DNA from: Mytilus trossulus
Taxonomy: Eukaryota
NCBI RefSeq assembly: GCF_036588685.1
Contig: NC_086384.1
Location: 34,410,001 to 34,474,000, forward strand
Length of the DNA: 64,000 nucleotides
Direction of reading: 5' to 3'
In this document: positions 14,901-29,900 of the stretch, piece after piece
Layout: every line of letters starts with the position of its first letter
How positions within the stretch are numbered: the first letter of the stretch is position 1
Translations under genes and position numbers: made by a program
The notes under the pieces: model-generated
The model's input: only the letters and a program-made list of their open reading frames with translations
Database searches by the model: none
Told to the model about the DNA's origin: nothing

Positions 14901-17900
14901 CTCCTTTTGTCATGGGTACACATGTACTTACAGTTTTCCTCATCAGAACGATCATTACAGTCAGCATAACCATCACATCTGTACGTGTCTGTAATACATG
15001 TTCCATCTCGGCAACGGAATTGGTTCGGTTCACATGCTGAAATAATAATGACATGATAAATATATGATGAGGACCTTGTCTGGCTTTACAACCCTAGCAC
15101 AGTCAGTGGTAAATGTATGGATTATAACATGCCCTTTTCAATATTGGCCCTGGTATCATCTAGAGACTCCCATATCTGCCTCGAGGCTTTAGCCAAGGGC
15201 CGATATGGGTCAAGGGATGATACCAGGGCCAATATTGAAAAGACATGTTATAATCTTTTTATCACATATTTATGTTCTGCTGAAAAGAGAAAAAAAGGTC
15301 AATTATAACAATTTAAAGAAAGATAAAAGGTAAAACATTTTATCACAAACGTTTTGTTAAGGACGCAATAACGTCCCATCATTTAGAATCAGGGCACAAT
15401 ATCAATATACTCTTTTTTTGCCCCAGGCAATTTTGAGGTTATTGCATATGCAAAACCCAACATATTCGTTACAAATATGTGATAAATAAAATATATGGTA
15501 TAGCAAATTATTAGCATAACATAAAATCAACATTTTAATGATTGAAAAATTAAAGATTGCTCTCATTTTGTACAAATGAACTGCATTATAAATATTAAGC
15601 AATGGAAAAAAATTAGGTACATTTATTATCAACAATAGGAATTTAATTTCTTAGGTAAAGTCAAAGTAATCAATGAATAATTGTTTTTTCAAGGAAACCT
15701 TTAAACTTAAATGAAAGAACTCCAAAAATCATAGAAATTGTATTTATCCATTTGCACAGTTCACTTTTCAAAAATTGAAATGGCCACGTTAAACACCAAT
15801 TATTTCTGGAGAAAGGTTTAATTTCCACACAGTTTACTTTTCAAAAATTGAATGATCAGCTGGTAAACAACAATCAATTTTAGGGAAAGGTTTTAATTTC
15901 TTTTGTCATAAATATGTAGGACTCAAATCTATGGTGGGTTTCAAATCTATGGCAGATTCCTAATCTATGGTAAATATGACATCATGCCATCCAAAATCTA
16001 TCGCAAGATTTGTAATTTCCTAATCTATGGCAGATTTATGTTGTTTCCAAATCTATTGCAGGTTTTGTGCAAATGTAGAACAAGGCAGTACATATTCAAT
16101 CCATGACTTAAATAATTTGAAATGTAAGACAAAGAGAGCATGCATGTCTTATTGATTTTTGATTTTTAATGTATATTATTTTTTAACTTCTCTGCAGTAA
16201 CCTTTGTACTTGCATAGTTTCATAGTTTTAGGGACGACATCAAAAGTTCAGTGTAGGATAAAAAAACTTAATTCACATAGTTTTCACTGACCTCCCCTAG
16301 ACAGCATTTATAAAAAAAAATAAGTTTGACTTTTCACATAATATTTAATTCAGCATTAATTAATCTTTTTTAACTGGTGACAATTTTCTCACTTTAAATA
16401 TATGCCTGCCGTAAACGTTAAAATATTTACTATAACTAGACTCCCAAAATATCCACTACTAAAAACATCTGTGCATTTATTGGTTGCGGGATTCAGCTAA
16501 TTATTGCCCCTCCTATGAATAAAAGATCACGTCTTCCTTTTAAACCATCATCAAAGGAAAACAGAAAGTATTTTCCTGAGAATCTTCAACACAGGACTTC
16601 AGGAATGTTTGGAGAGCCAACAACTTTGCTGAAGTAGGTGACAAACTATATGGCGTTATTTTTATTGTGACATTATATTGGCATTATTGTAATTCTTAAA
16701 TCTGCCATAGATTTGGAGAAAACAAAAATCTGCCATTGATTTGTCTGGCGTTTGTAACTTCATATACCATAGATTAGGAATCTGCCATAGATTTAGAACC
16801 CGCTATAGATTTGAGTCCTACAAATATACTACTCCTTACCTGGGATAACCAATAGACTGGCCCTGTCTGGAGTGGCTCTTGGTGCTGTAGGTACAGAACA
16901 GATGTAGGTGTCAGCATCAGCGAGTACCAGATTTGGAATGGTCAGTCTTCCTCTATCAATCACAGCTTTAGATGGTATATCCTATTATTTACATACAAAT
17001 TATTATATAGTAAACCATAAATGAATTAGATGGGCAAAATATAAATTTCTGTAGAGTACTGTTAAATATGCATGATGTTCAATTTGAAAACGAAACAAAA
17101 ATATTTGGATCATGAAGATAAGACCCAAACAGGAAACCTTAGTTATCATAACCAGTATGACTATCCAGCACAGAATCTGAAGAACAGATAAACATTATCA
17201 CCATTTTCTTTAACTTTCCTCTGATTTTCAGCGTTATAATTTTTCATCTTAATCTAATCCACTGAGATGAGGCCATCATAAAAGTGTTGAGGGGTATGAT
17301 GTATTATCAAGTGCCGAACTGTAACTTATGAAAAACAGATCTCTAAAAAAGTGCACTTCCTTTTGTTTTTTATCTATTCTGTAAGGGTCTTGAAATATCT
17401 AACCACCATTCAGAATCTCTTAGTTGAAAAACATGCAATTAATGAAAAGAAAGAATAACCATTAGAAAGTTTTTTTTCTTAGAGATATACAAGAAAAAAA
17501 GAGTTTTTTTCAAAGAGAAAAGAGTTTTCACAAGATGATAATATCCAGTTTGGGCTATTCCATTACAATAGTTGTTAGAGGGTATAAAGGGACATATAAT
17601 CTTAAGACATTAGACATGGGTCACTTGTAGCTGTATATTCGTTTGATGTATCATTATTTCACACAAAGTAAGTACATTGGTTGTGGGGAGTTTCAGAGCT
17701 CCTTTACTACCCCCCCCCCCCCCCCCAAAAAAAAAAAAATCCATTGTAATGGAATAGCCTTTACAACTACTAGCCTTCTATGTATATATTTCAGCTACAA
17801 TACATATTGGTCTGTTATCAAGACAGGGGTTTGTAAGAAAAGACATTATCCACAAAATGTGTACCCCAATGAGCTATAAACCTTCATGTACAACACATAT

Positions 17901-20900
17901 TACTTCCACTTACTGTCTGTGGTTAATAATGCAGTATTTAGTCTTATGCTAGCTGGAATCAACTTACAATATTAATATTTGGATATGTTCCCTTTTTTCC
18001 GCAAATCATGTTCTTACGTAAAAAGCCTATTTATAAGAGTACTATGTTGCATATTATGCCCAATATGGATACAGCTGGATAATCGGAATTACAAGAAGTA
18101 GTCCATGAAGGATAGTTCAGAATATTCTATTTTCATAATACTGTTTTATGACTTGAATATATATTTTTTTGACAGGTTACTTTCTCTGTGGTAGGACATG
18201 ACAGATTCCTGGTACTCAGTTAAGTGTGAGCAAACAAAAGAAGTAAAATCAAAAATATAACTGGAACAATTAGGGGGAAAAGTTTACTGTTTTCAGACAA
18301 TTTTGCTGTGAATAGAAAATATAATAGAGTAAACTTTACCCCCAAAATTGTTTCTATTGAAAGCTTCATATTACTTCTGTATGTTGCTCTTATTTGAAGA
18401 AGTACCAGGCCTTGCGGTTATAAAAATTTCGAGTCAGTTTTTTGTGCTCATACTCCAAAATCAACCAATCAAAATGTTGGATTTCAAGTTTCAAGCATGA
18501 TTTTTGTGCTCCGAGCACGACAGAGCAAAGTTTTATGACTTCTAGCCCTGGATACCCTACCAGAGAGTAGGTAATCTGTCGAAAAACATAAAACTCAGGA
18601 GTCATAAGTCGGTAATATGTAAATAGACTATGGTATCATATGTGGTTATATTATATAGAAAATTATCTGGCAATTTTTTTTATCTAATCAGCAATAAATT
18701 CAAACAGGATCATTCAAGCAGCATATATTGTTTCAATATATAAAATTAAAAAAAAATCCAAGGTTATACCTTTACAAATTTAGTACAGTGAAAAAGAACC
18801 TTTTTTCAAAATATTTTACTCGACTTAACATTAGAAACTTCCTGCCATTGAAGCTGGGATTATATTGTATCAAAAAAAAAATGTTATGCAATAAACATTT
18901 GGTTTACGCAAGTCATGGGTAAAGGGAGATTACCCAGTACAAAAATGAAAATCAAACATGTATATATGTAGTGTAAAGGGAGTTTAACCTGTACAAAAGG
19001 GGAAATAATCCGGGAAAAATATGGAGTGTAAAGGCATATTACTCTGTTCAAAAAAGACAATCATCCAGGACAAAATATTTTGTGTCTGTGTAATGCTGTA
19101 AAGGGAGATCACCCAAGACAAAGGTGTAAAGGGATTCATCTCACCGACAGGAAATACAAGGTGGAGCAGACACAATTGTTTACATCTCAACATCATAAAT
19201 CTTTTTCTGTCTTTCAAATAATGAAACAGAATCAGTATCTTTTCAAATTTCAGTTATACAAATATTGTCTTCAATTTCAATGTTCCAAATTTTGTCCTTT
19301 TTTAGTACAAATTAATACTTTAAAGTATAATTTCTCTAAATTTTATTGAGGTCAATAATTTTATTCGCAATTTGTACTTTTAGATTGAGGAAAATGTCAC
19401 ATGACTGTCTTATATAAAAAAGTATGATATTGTTTTTGTATATAAATCACTGATCGCCATGGTTGCATGTAACATTGTGTCTGCTCTTACCTGTTAATGG
19501 TAAGTTATATATACCACTTACATTATACTTACCATATTATCCTGAAACTTTTAATCAACAAAATTGAATAAAAAATTCTTAAAATCTACTTTTCAAATGA
19601 GAGTGGCTTAATTCACACTCTCAGTGATAGGGTCGTTCGCAATAATGAAAGGAACAAACAGACCTGACTAAATTAACAAAGTTATCCTCATCAGTCTAAT
19701 GCATTCTGGGTATCAATATCAGAAAGTATACCAAAACATTTTGATTGGGTGACAAAGTTATAAACAGAGGATATTCACATTATTTTTCATATTTGAGTAT
19801 AGTCACATAAGCTACAATCCCTCAAATTCTGAAACTGGGAATTCCAAGTAGATAAAATATTCCAGAGTTAATGTATTTCTTATAAAGAATACTGCTCATA
19901 AGAAAGTTATTGCATCAAAGTTCTCAAGTGGTAAGGTTGAAGTCAAGTCCTAAACTATTTCATGGATTCCATCAAGATTATGTTATATAAAATAAGCTTA
20001 TTAAAAAATTCTAATGTGTGGATTTATATATTGTCATATAAGTATAATTTTATAAATCTGTAAGTAAAACAAAAGCATTATGTCAAGTTGCATGGTTATG
20101 ACTTTTTAAGGTGGTACCTAACACTACAGGGAGATAACTCTGTAAAGTCAGCTAAACGTTTTAATTACGTTGTGTTGTAAAGGGAATATTAAGCTTCTCA
20201 ATGATCAAAATTGGTGTTTGTCAAACTGCTATATACCCAGTGTAATTTTTCTGACAAAACGGTTGGTTCAAAATTTTTGAAATGTTTATATTTTTGTTAA
20301 GGGGTCAAAGTAAATACTTTGATAAAATTTAATGAAAATTAAAAGAGCCAAACTGATTTTAGTGAAAGTGTTGGGTACCACCTTAAATGAAAAAACAATA
20401 ATAACACTATCACCATGGTAATTACCTGAGAACCTCTGGTCCAATGGATTTTGACAGCGGTATTAGCTTCGACAACACAATCAAACACAGCAGTTTCTCC
20501 CTCATTCAGAACTAGCTCTTTGTTCGTTATTTTCAGTGAGGTCACAATTACACCTAAAAAAAAATCAAAACTATGTAATTTTTCAGTCAAATAAAAATTC
20601 CATTAGGTTTTGACAAAGTTATTGATGTTAAAAAAAAATTAACCACTGAGTGAACCATTATGTTGAGGCAGGCAACAGAATGCAGGTTGCTATTGTTGCA
20701 AGCTCAAAATTTAACTGTTCATCTAAATGATTTGAAATGTGATTAAATATTAAAACATTGCAAAGATTTTCCTTCCACATCTTAAAGCCCAAAATGCTAA
20801 CAAAACCTGACAGGACAATAAATTGATATGAGTTATTACTTGAATTCAGAAAACTGAAAACAAAATTTAGATTAAGTGACCATAATTTATTAATAGACAA

Positions 20901-23900
20901 GAGGCTGTCACAACGACAGCAAACCGGATTTATTAACATTTATTTGTGTCCTGGCATTATCACAAGAACCATTACTGATGATTAGTGAAAGTGAAAATCG
21001 TCAATATCAAATTTGACCTCCATTTTGTCATCAGTATCAACATATTAAAATTTGAAAAGCTTTTTTTAATAGATTGAATGGTTCATGAGTAAATGCAACA
21101 ACGTGAATGGAAACACCATTTTAAGATCTTTAAAGAACCATAACTCCTAAACAGTAAAAGTCAAAACCGTCATTATTGAACTTGACCTCTATTTTGTCAT
21201 CAGTAACAACATATTAAAATTTGAAAATCTTTGGTTGAATGGTTCATGAGAAAATGCACAGACACGACTAGAAACACCATTTTTCAATCTTTCAAGAACC
21301 ATAACTCCTGAACGGTAAAAGTCAAAATCGTCATTATTGAACTTGACCTCCATTTAGTCATCAGTAACAACTTAGTAAAATTTGGGATGCTTTGGTAGTA
21401 CAGTTCATGCGTAAATGCACGAACACGACTGGAAACGCCATTTTAAGATCTTTCAAGAACCATAACTACTGAACGGTAAAAGTCAAAATCATCATTATTG
21501 AACTTGACCTCTTTTTTGTCATCAGTAACAACATATTAGAATTTGAAAAGCTTTGGTTGAATGGTTCATGAGAAAATGCACGGACAGGACTGGAAACACC
21601 ATTTTTCAATCTTTCAAGAACCATAACTCCTGAACGGTAAAAGTCAAAATTGTCATTATTGAACTTGACCTCCACTTTGTCACCAGTAACAACATATTAA
21701 AATTTGGGAAGCTTTGGTAGAACAGTTCATGTGTAAATGCACGGACACGACTGGAAACTCCATTTTTCAATCTTTCAAGAACCATAACTCCTGAACAGTA
21801 AAAGTTAAAATCGCCATTATTGAACTTGACCTTCATTTAGTTGTAAGTAACAACATATTAAAATTTTAAAAGCTTTGGTTAAACGGTTCATGAGTAAATG
21901 CACGGACAACATTTAATTGCCGCCCTCCTGCCCACCGAGCATCCTCAAATCAATAACCGACATTTTTGTCACAAAAATCTGGTTAAAAAGGGAAGATACC
22001 TTAAAATACCAAGAGAAGAGAGATTATACAAAATTGAACATGAAAATCATTTCTTTTTATATTGTAATAGAAACCATAATAGAAAAGTTTATTTTGATTT
22101 TTTGATAAATGAGAATATCCGCTTTATAAATTTAAATGACATAGTTAAAAAAAAACATATATACTCAACCCAATTTCATACATTTAGGTAAATAAGTTAA
22201 GATCCTTTTTAAAACGGTCTATTTAACTGAGAACAGGGGACTCTTAGAATATTTACTTCTATTGTGTATATTAATGATCTTGTTATTATTTTTCATTTTC
22301 ATTTTGTTATGTTGTGTCACATACTATAAATATGTAGTTTTATGGCAATAAAGATTTGAATTGAATTGAATTATAAATTGAAAAAAAAATTGTGCATTTT
22401 TCTAATTTAAATTGTTGAACAAATGACAAAATTGTGAAAGTAATGATTTTTTAAAAGATACCTACAATTCATGAAATTTATGAAATAAAAATTAAATTGT
22501 CATGTTTGCAAGACTGATCTTGTAGCCATTTTTGAGAGAGAAAAAAATCTAAATTTACAGTACCTATTTGTAAAGGCAATAGAGCAAAGATAAAAGAAGA
22601 ATGTGTCTGAGGACATGAAGCTTTGCATTTTTTCAATTTTAAAAGTTTTTTAAAAATGTTGATACAGTCAACGGATTGTAGGTCACTATGTCTCAGGCTA
22701 AACAATGATATACTAACCACATGTTGCTACGGATTCATCAGTATTATCACGACAGTCTTGTCTATTGTCACACCTCCTTGCTTGTGGTATACACTGATTA
22801 TCAGCACAGGTAAACATGCCCTCTGGACATGCTGGTTTTACAGGACCTATCAAATAAATAACATACGACAGTGAACCAGTGCAATGTAAATCTCGATACA
22901 ATAGAATCCCTGAAAGTGGATACCATGTGATCTTGTAAAGTGAGACAAGATTGCACATGGCATTAATCTTTTCTTCATTGTTACTAAAGGATTTGTTTAT
23001 GCTTCTTCGAAGTAAAAGTTTGACAGAAATAACACTTAACAGGCCCGTAGCCAGGAATTTCCAAGAGGGGGTTCATTTGACTCACAAACTCGACTTTAAC
23101 AGTCACAATTCGAAAACAGAGCATTGACTTTAACAGTGCTTATTTGTTTTCAAGGGGGGGTTTGTCCGAACCCCCCAACCCCCCTGGCTACGGGTATGCT
23201 TAAGGTGGCTTGGGTCTATTCGAAGTTTCTATCAGAAGTGCCGTATTTTTGGTTATTTTATTCTTTAAAGAAATTGAATCAAATTGGTCCGAAAAAAATA
23301 GGGGGTCACGGACCATTTAAGCTCAAAATTTTACTTTTAAACAAGTACGTAAAAGGGACCATTTTACAATTAAATGATAGGGAAAATAGAAGTGTTGACA
23401 TATATTTATCAGAATATCAATAAAACGTTCTATGACAATTGGTCAAAAACTGTAATATGAAAAGCTGGAATATAGCTTCAAAGAATGAGCCAATAAAAAA
23501 CATAGGTCACAGATAAGGGAAAAAAATTATTTGCCTTAAAACCCAATTATGGCGAAAAATGGTGAAAATGGGTAAAATGTATTTTGACCCTTTAACAAAT
23601 AAGGATAATAACAAAAATATTCTATTAGTCACATAACTACAATGATTTAACATTTCTAATTAATTAAAATATTTTTAAAAGATTAAATCGAATTACGACA
23701 AATACTTTTGTAATTCATGCATGAAATTATGTGCAGTCAAATCGTCCTGAGCCACCTTAAAAAATATTTTCTTCAATGCCCAAAAAAATGACTTGAAAAC
23801 CTAATTTCAAAAATACTATCCTCACAAGACCCGCATAGGTTGTCAAGGTCATTTAACAAAAGTCCCTCATTTAAAATGTCTCCTGTTTTCATGGGTGTTG

Positions 23901-26900
23901 TATATGATTGATGATTGTATGTTCACCCCTACTTGTCTTGTTACTTGTATGTTCTTGTTGGATTGCTGTTTCATTGACATTTGTGGGAAAAACCCTTATA
24001 TTCAAATTCTTTTTTTTAAAAGCAAAGAAACTTGTGCTGAATTTGAAAATTAATGACTTCCCATATACTAAAAAGACTCTAAATATTTTAGATTCTTTTA
24101 TTTTCATTGGTATATTTTTTTGAGAATTAAGGAACAAATGTATTTTTATGAATATTTAAAAGATTCTGTAGTTTTTTAAATGTTTGCGAACAAAACCATT
24201 TGAAGTTACATAATTGACCGTTTCAGAATCTAAAGTAATATGGGTAATTTGGATGTTCATACCCCAAAATGAAAATAACGTCACTACATTGGTTGAATTT
24301 CCATTGTTTTTGGAAAATATTACCCAGAATGCATTATATTCTGAAACGGCAAATTCATTGCACTTTTAAATTTTACACAAGAAATCCATAAAAATTGATG
24401 CCCAACTTAAAATAAATAATCGAAAGTACCCTATGACCTAGAGGTCAAATGTCATAAGTCAGAAGGACAACTTACAATCTTCTTCGTCTGAACGATCCTG
24501 ACAGTCAGGGGTACTATCACATTTTCTAGAGTTTGGTATACACTGTCCACTTCTACATCGAAACTCATCTGGTCTGCAGGCTAAAAATAGAAAAATTAGA
24601 TATCTAGACCAATCAGAACTCTTTCTTCGCATACTATATATCCAAAGATATCTGTTATATATATATATATTAATATTATATATTAATAAAATTAAATTTC
24701 AAAATGTCTTTAAAGTCCTTTCATTATCTACATTTTTCTCCAAATGGTTTCACATCTTTGTGATAATCATGGATGATATATATATATGTGAAATATAAGT
24801 TCATTAAAACAGATACTCTTTTTCAACAAAATTGTGTTGCCTTATGCAATAAGCTATAATCTATTTATAAATCATACCACAATTGGCTTCATCTGAGCGA
24901 TCCCTACATTGGACTATTCCATTACATCTGGCGTCTGGTGAAACACATTGTCCATCATCACAACGATAAAGTCCTTCTGGACAGGGTGGAGCAACATTAC
25001 CTAAAATAAAATATAAAACACTGTAAACCAACAAATTTTCAGAGGCAATTTATTCCCCCATTTTCAGGAGTAGAAAAATAACACTATTTATATAAATCAT
25101 TTTAAATCAGTAAAAATTGCATTTTTCCCTATTTAACATTACGAAGTAATTTCAAAAAAGCTATTGGCTACATCATGATGGCTATTTTTTACAGGTAGGG
25201 GAAGCTATTGGCTACATCATGATGGCTATTCTTTACAGGTAGGGGAAGCTATTGGCTACATCATGATGGCTATTCTTTACAGGTAGGGGAAGCTATTGGC
25301 TACATCATGATGGCTATTCTTTACAGGTAGGGGAAGCTATTGACTATATCATGATGGCTATTCTTTACAGGTAGGGGAAGCTATTGGCTATATCATGATG
25401 GCTATTCTTTACAGGTAGGGGAAGCTATTGGCAATCTTAGACATTTCAGAGAGGAGTCAAGCACACCTTGCCACCAGCAAGGTATGAACCCACAACCTCA
25501 GTCATGACAGATAAGTTATAAATGCAGATGCACTACTTATACTCTCAGCAAACATCATCTGTCACCTAGGGTCATACGCCTCCCTACCACCAAACATCAT
25601 CTGTCACCTAGGATCACGCCCCTCCCTACCACCAAAAACCATCTGTCACCTAGGGTCACACCCCTCCTTACCACCTAACACCATCTGTCACCTAGAGTCA
25701 TACCCCTCCCTAACACCATACATCATCTGTCACCTAGGGTCACACCCCTCCCTACCACCAAACATCATCTGTCACCTAGGGCCACACCCCTCCCTACCAC
25801 CAAACATCATCTGTCACCTAGGGTCATACCCCTCCCTACCACCAAACATCATCTGTCACCTAGGGTCATACCCCTCCCTAACACCAAACATCATCTGTCA
25901 CCTAGGGTCACACCCCTTTCTACCACCAAACATCATCTGTCACCTAGGGTCATACCCCTCCCTAACACCAAACATCATCTGTCACCTAGGGTCACACCCC
26001 TTTCTACCACCAAACATCATCTGTCACCTAGGGTCATACCCCTCCCTAACACCAAACATCATCTGTCACCTAGGGTCACACCCATCCCTACCACCAAACA
26101 TCATCTGTCACCTAGGGTCATACCCCTCCCTAACACCAAACATCATCTGTCACCTAGGGCCACACCCCTTTCTACCACCAAACATCATCTGTCACCTAGG
26201 GTCACACCCCTCCCTACCACAAACATCATCTGTCACCTAGGGTCATACCCCTCCCTAACACCAAACATCATATGTCACCTAGGGTCACACCCCTCCCTAA
26301 CACCAAACATCATCTGTCACCTAGGGTCACACCCCTCCCTACCACAAACATCATCTGTCACCTAGGGTCATACCCCTCCCTACCACCAAACATCATCTGT
26401 CGCCTATGGCCACACCCCTCCCTACCCCTCAGACTTCAAACTTACATTCTTCTTCATCAGACAGATCATCACAATCAAACTGGTCATTACATCTCAGTAA
26501 GGATTCAATACATTGTCCATTACGGCATTCAAACTGGCCCAAACGGCATCCCTCAGCTGAAAATATACATTAACAAAATTGTCAAAATGTTTCATTATTT
26601 AACATATTTGGTCACTTTTACTGACTTTTCATGATAAACACAAGTTTGAAAACCAATAATTAAGGATGGTAGGGGTATTTCAATATAATTATTACCCATA
26701 ATGCCAGAAGGAATTTTTTTTTACCCATAATGATTTGAAAGAGTCTTTTTAAAACATCATATCATAATTGTTATTGCATCTGCAGTGAGTGTAGTTCTTT
26801 TCAGTCCTATATCCATAAAAATGATATTTTAGATATTTTCTTTCATTTTTTTTTTTAAATATGTGAGAAGTAAACTTGGATTTTGTTGTTTACTTATCTC

Positions 26901-29900
26901 TTAATTTTCTAATTCTTATATACATATATATATAGGTTTAAATGGACCTTCCTTTTCACAATAGATTGGCTAATATATACCCTAATGACTTTATTGTCGC
27001 ATTAGGTATAAGTCCTATTTAGAATGCAAGTATTTTTTTATTAGCAATACATGTATATCTAAATAAACATATCAATCATAATAGTAATACTAATAGTAAT
27101 AGAGTTAGTACTAAAACAAATAAAACATGTAAAGTCAATAAAAACTAAAGAGTCAAAATAAAATTACAAAAATCACCATTTCTAACATTTATATCACATT
27201 AAAAATATTAATCTGTTAATAAAAATAACATTTAAAAATAAAATACATGACAATCCAAGTATTTTGCATTGCAATCTAAAGCTTAGAAATCATGTACAAC
27301 CAATTTTAAATATTCTCCTTTTGTCCTATAACTCCTTTCACAGAAGAGTTGCTCTGTTTAAAGGTCGCAATAGAAGAAAGATCGTTTACCAATTGCCAAT
27401 AATATATACCGGGTACTGTAAATTCAGAAATTATTACTAGGTTTTTATTATTGCGAATAATGTGACAGAGTTGTAAACACAATAATTAAAACTTGCATTT
27501 TGATATATCTCATCTGAATTAAACAGGCTTTTCTCAAAATCTTAAAAATTAAAATCGCATTTCAGTTTGAAATGACAAAATCGCAATAATAAATGCACAC
27601 AATAATTTCTGAATGTACAGTACTGCATGTCCAATAACTCAGAACTGTGATCAGGGCAATTATATATATATATGATAAAGGAATGCCAGACAGGCTGTGT
27701 TTTATTATTGCTTGGTTATTGGCTTTTTTCAAAATACCCCATATGGTCTGTAGTAGAGTATTGGCTTTGAGTAAGACATTCCCATATTTTTTTTTATCAA
27801 GGTTAATATATCAAAAGGTTTAAAATTGACAATTCTGTATGTATAGAACATGAAATATAGGAATGTTAGCTCGATCTGACTTACTGAACAAGGAGACAGG
27901 GTCATCATAGCAATGCTTATCTTGTGAGCCAGCATGCTAGCACTGACTTACTGAACAAGGAGACAGTCATCATAGCAATGCTTATCTTGTGAGTCAGCAT
28001 GCTAGCACTGACTTACTGAACAAGGAGACAGTCATCATAGCAATGCTTATCTTGTGAGTCAGCATGCTAGCACTGACTTACTGAACAAGGAGACAGTCAT
28101 CATAGCAATGCTTATCTTGTGAGTCAGCATGCTAGCACTGACTTACTGAACAAGGAGACAGAGTCATCATAGCAATGCTTATCTTGTGAGCCAGCATGTT
28201 AGCACTGACTTACTGAACAAGGAGACAGAGTCATCATAGCAATGCTTATCTTGTGAGCCAGCATGCTAGCACTGACTTACTGAACAAGGAGACAGAGTCA
28301 TCATAGCAATGCTTATCTTGTGAGCCAGCATGCTAGCACTGACTTACTGAACAAGGAGACAGAGTCATCATAGCAATGCTTATCTTGTGAGCCAGCATGT
28401 TAGCACTGACTTACTGAACAAGGAGACAGAGTCTTCATAGCAATGCTTATCTTGTGAGCCAGCATGCTAGCACTGACTTACTGAACAAGGAGACAGAGTC
28501 TTCATAGCATTGCTTATCTTGTGAGCAAGCATGTTATCACTGACTTACTGAACAAGGAGACAGAGTCTTCATAGCAATGCTTATCTTGTGAGCCAGCATG
28601 CTAGCACTGACTTACTGAACAAGGAGACAGAGTCATCATAGCAATGCTTATCTTGTGAGCCAGCATGTTATCACTGACTTACTGAACAAGGAGACAGAGT
28701 CATCATAGCAATGCTTATCTTGTGAGCCAGCATGCTAGCACTGACTTACTGAACAAGGAGACAGAGTCATCATAGCAATGCTTATCTTGTGAGCCAGCAT
28801 GTTAGCACTGACTTACTGAACAAGGAGACAGAGTCTTCATAGCAATGCTTATCTTGTGAGCCAGCATGCTAGCACTGACTTACTGAACAAGGAGACAGAG
28901 TCATCATAGCAATGCTTATCTTGTGAGCCAGCATGTTATCACTGACTTACTGAACAAGGAGACAGAATCATCATAGCAATGCTTATCTTGTGAGCCAGCA
29001 TGTTAGCACTGACTTACTGAACAAGGAGACAGAGTCATCATAGCAATGCTTATCTTGTGAGCCAGCATGTTAGCACTGACTTACTGAACAAGGAGACAGA
29101 GTCATCATAGCAATGCTTATCTTGTGAGCCAGCATGTTAGCTCTGACTTACTGAACAAGGAGACAGAGTCATCATAGCAATGCTTATCTTGTGAGCCAGC
29201 ATGTTAGCTCTGACTTACTGAACAAGGAGACAGAGTCTTCATAGCAATGCTTATCTTGTGAGCCAGCATGCTAGCACTGACTTACTGAACAAGGAGACAG
29301 AGTCATCATAGCAATGCTTATCTTGTGAGCCAGCATGTTAGCTCTGACTTACTGAACAAGGAGACAGAGTCTTCATAGCAATGCTTATCTTGTGAGCCAG
29401 CATGCTAGCACTGACTTACTGAACAAGGAGACAGAGTCATCATAGCAATGCTTATCTTGTGAGCCAGCATGTTAGCACTGACTTACTGAACAAGGAGACA
29501 GAATCATCATAGCAATGCTTATCTTGTGAGCCAGCATGTTAGCACTGACTTACTGAACAAGGAGACAGAGTCATCATAGCAATGCTTATCTTGTGAGCCA
29601 GCATGTTATCACTGACTTACTGAACAAGGAATCAGAGTCTTCATAGCAATGCTTATCTTGTGAGCCAGCATGCTAGCACTGACTTACTGAACAAGGAGAC
29701 AGAGTCTTCATAGCAATGCTTATCTTGTGAGCCAGCATGCTAGCACTGACTTACTGAACAAGGAGACAGAGTCATCATAGCAATGCTTATCTTGTGAGCA
29801 AGCATGTTATCACTGACTTACTGAACAAGGAGACAGAGTCTTCATAGCAATGCTTATCTTGTGAGCCAGCATGCTAGTACTGACTTACTGAACAAGGAGA

